Below, in pieces: positions 62,229-64,000 of a DNA stretch of 64,000 nucleotides; within the stretch, counting starts at the first letter, position 1, and every line of letters starts with the position of its first letter. Below the pieces are notes generated by a model. The model saw nothing but the letters and a program-made list of their open reading frames with translations, did not search any database and had not been told where the DNA came from. Source of the DNA: Solirubrobacterales bacterium (GTDB taxonomy: Bacteria > Actinomycetota > Thermoleophilia > Solirubrobacterales > Solirubrobacteraceae); NCBI GenBank assembly GCA_038257095.1, contig JBBSJQ010000016.1, forward strand, positions 30,417-94,416. The letters run 5' to 3'. The position numbers and the translations under genes are program-made.

Positions 62229-63140
62229 ATGCCCCGTAGCAAGAACTCCTCGAGCGCGGTCGTCCCAGCGTCCTCGCTGAACCGTCACGTTGTCGCTGTC
62301 ACGGGTGGGGCGCGCGGGATCGGTTTCGCGATCGCCACGGAGCTCGTCGTCCACGGCGCACGGGTGGCCATCGGCGACCTCGACAGGGCGAGCGTAGAGC
62401 AGAGCGCGGCCTCGCTCGGCGAGGGAGCGATCGGCTTGCAACTCGACGTCGCGGACCACGCGTCCTTCGACCGATTCCTCGCGGCGGTCGAGTCCCAGCT
62501 CGGGCCGGTCACCGTCGTGATCAACAACGCGGGGATCATGCCGATCGGGCCGTGGCTCGACGAGTCGCCGGAGCTCGCGGAGAAGATTCTCGCGGTCAAC
62601 ATCCTCGGCGTGGTCCACGGGATGAAGCTCGCGCTCGCACGCATGCTTCCACGAGGGGCAGGACATGTGATCAATGTGGCGTCCATGGCCGGGAAGGCCC
62701 CAGTGCCCGGCGCCGTCACCTACGGCGCCTCGAAGGCCGCAGTCGTGTCGCTCGCTGAGAGCGCACGTGTCGAGTTCGCCGGCACCGGCCTCTTCTTCAC
62801 GACGGTGCTGCCATCGTTCACCAACACGGAGCTCGTCTCAGGCACGCGAGGCACGCGCTTCGTCGCTACCGTCTCCCCGCGGGACGTCGCGGTCGAGGTC
62901 GTCCGGGCGATCTGCGAGCCCCGCCCCGACGTCTGGGTCCCGCGGAGCATGGGCGCGATCCTTCGCGGACAGAGCCTGCTGGGAAGACGAGCGCGCGACG
63001 CGGCCAGCCGAGCACTCGGCGCGGATCGCACCTTCCTAGACGTCGATCGCGACGCGCGCGCGGCCTACGCCGCCCGGATCGACGCTGGTCAGACGCGGCC
63101 GGCGCTCTCGCCCGCGGGACCCACCCCGGACGAAGACTAA
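62229..63140 (+). CDS. Short-chain dehydrogenase/reductase
   Basis: VTGGARGIGFAIA, NNAG, YGASKAA. ATG 62229 preferred because GTG 62193 directly abuts O11. Confidence 0.85.
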   Translation: MPRSKNSSSAVVPASSLNRHVVAVTGGARGIGFAIATELVVHGARVAIGDLDRASVEQSAASLGEGAIGLQLDVADHASFDRFLAAVESQLGPVTVVINNAGIMPIGPWLDESPELAEKILAVNILGVVHGMKLALARMLPRGAGHVINVASMAGKAPVPGAVTYGASKAAVVSLAESARVEFAGTGLFFTTVLPSFTNTELVSGTRGTRFVATVSPRDVAVEVVRAICEPRPDVWVPRSMGAILRGQSLLGRRARDAASRALGADRTFLDVDRDARAAYAARIDAGQTRPALSPAGPTPDED

Positions 63141-63153
63141 TGTCCTACAATAA
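63137..63153. promoter_or_regulatory. Operator candidate O12 CTAATGTCCTACAATAA
   Basis: Overlaps the SDR stop and contains TACAAT (63146-63151) upstream of the acyl-CoA synthetase gene. Confidence 0.55.
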
Positions 63154-63164
63154 CGCCCACTAGC

Positions 63165-63183
63165 CTCGTCCCGTGGGGACGAG
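63165..63183 (+). other. Hairpin CTCGTCCC gtg GGGACGAG (8-bp perfect stem) in the 5' leader of the acyl-CoA synthetase gene
   Basis: Read directly; lies between O12 and the SD AAAGGAGAG. Confidence 0.35.
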
Positions 63184-63204
63184 AAAGTCCCAAAGGAGAG
63201 ACCA

Positions 63205-64000
63205 GTGAGCGACTCGAAGCTGTTCCCCGGCGCGTTCGTCGACAGTCAGCCCGACAAGCCCGCCGTCGTGATGTCGGACTCGGGCGAGGGCCTGACGTAC
63301 AGTGAGCTCGACGCGTTCGCCAATCGCTTCGCACGGTGGGCCCGTGAGCAGGGCGTCGCGGTCGGCGACCACCTCTCGATCATGCTCGAGAACACGCTGC
63401 TGTCCCTGCCGGTCCAATGGGGCGCTCACTATGCGGGCGTGTACTACACGCCGATCAGCACCCGGCTCACCGGCTCGGAGGCGGCGTACATCGTCGAGGA
63501 CAGCGGCAGCAAGCTCGTCATCGTCTCGAAGGAGACGGAGCAGCGTGTCCGGGACGGGCTCGCCGAGGCGGGAGTCGATGCCGAGGTCGTGAGCATCGAT
63601 GAAGGCGACGGCGGGGCTCCTCTGTCCGCGCTCCTGGAGGAGTTCAGCGGAGACCCGGTGGACGGCGCGGTCGATGGGATCGAGATGATGTACTCCTCCG
63701 GCACCACGGGGCGCCCGAAGGGCATCAAGCCGTCGCTCCCCGGGACTCCGCTCGGCGGCCCGCAGATGATCTGCATGCTTCAGCAGGGTGTGTTCGGCGT
63801 GACTCCCAACACGGTCTACCTGTCCCCCGCTCCGCAGTACCACGCGTCGCCGTTCAAATGGACGCAGGGCATCACGGCGCTCGGTGGAACCGTCGTCATG
63901 ATGCCGCGCTTCGAGCCCGAGGCGGCGCTCCATGCGTTGGAGCACTTCGGCGTCACGCACAGCCAGTGGGTGCCCACGATGATGGGTCGGCTGCTGCGGT
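63205..64000 (+). CDS. Acyl-CoA synthetase (AMP-forming), 3' end beyond window
   Basis: Not in ORF track. Manual translation from GTG 63205 behind AAAGGAGAG: VSDSKLFPGAFVDSQPDKPAVVM...YSSGTTGRPKGI...; open to nt 64000. Confidence 0.85.
   Translation, partial: MSDSKLFPGAFVDSQPDKPAVVMSDSGEGLTYSELDAFANRFARWAREQGVAVGDHLSIMLENTLLSLPVQWGAHYAGVYYTPISTRLTGSEAAYIVEDSGSKLVIVSKETEQRVRDGLAEAGVDAEVVSIDEGDGGAPLSALLEEFSGDPVDGAVDGIEMMYSSGTTGRPKGIKPSLPGTPLGGPQMICMLQQGVFGVTPNTVYLSPAPQYHASPFKWTQGITALGGTVVMMPRFEPEAALHALEHFGVTHSQWVPTMMGRLLR

Noticed and set aside
1-64000. Search for CRISPR arrays, tRNA/rRNA genes, IS elements/transposases, integrases, toxin-antitoxin or defence genes; also canonical cholesterol-nucleus genes and KstR boxes
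   Set aside because: None recognised by eye on either strand. The window is a contiguous metabolic/transport island, so I do not claim mobile or defence content, and I do not call it a canonical steroid cluster.

Overview
Strongly GC-rich, actinobacterial-style DNA (GTG/TTG starts, ATGA/GTGA start-stop overlaps, leaderless-type promoters) forming one large lipid / alicyclic-acid catabolic island. I call 64 protein-coding genes and one gene remnant. Left to right: a molybdopterin oxidoreductase (cut by the window edge); an FMO-TetR-esterase-SDR-SDR operon; a long minus-strand operon (21255 to 6686) with two family III CoA-transferases, acyl-CoA dehydrogenases, SDR, tandem 3-hydroxyacyl-CoA dehydrogenases, a MenB/BadI-type crotonase, an acyl-CoA ligase, a P450, an MBL-fold protein, a CrtI-like flavoprotein and a 7Fe ferredoxin; a second long minus-strand beta-oxidation operon (34147 to 23361) with a DUF35/thiolase/HMGS-like cluster; a thiolase-QOR-DUF1059 operon; three TetR genes; two PaaI-type thioesterases; a complete yrbEAB-mceABCDEF transporter preceded by a LuxR-type regulator and followed by SCP2-like, mceG/mkl and lipase-like genes; a MaoC-ACAD-ALDH unit; two paralogous FadR-type GntR regulators; and a partial acyl-CoA synthetase at the right edge. 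I saw no rRNA, tRNA, CRISPR, transposase or phage genes. The two edge genes (1-2169 minus, 63205-64000 plus) are missing from the ORF track because they have no in-window stop, so I translated them by hand. Many long track ORFs are antisense or N-terminally over-extended GC artefacts. I trimmed starts using SD sequences and stop/start overlaps. Main hunt results: (1) a 17-bp palindrome ATAnTGTC-S-GACAnTAT occurs at 12 promoter positions across the window, probably the operator of the GntR paralogs; (2) a four-gene DUF35 / Cys-less thiolase / Cys-less HMGS-like::DUF35 fusion / SCP2-thiolase module; (3) an mce locus with unusual cis partners (LuxR-type regulator, SCP2-like protein, mceG, lipase); (4) a BadI-like ring-opening module; (5) a conserved 29-nt element at two distant promoters. 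All functions come from motif reading and family knowledge. No database search was possible.
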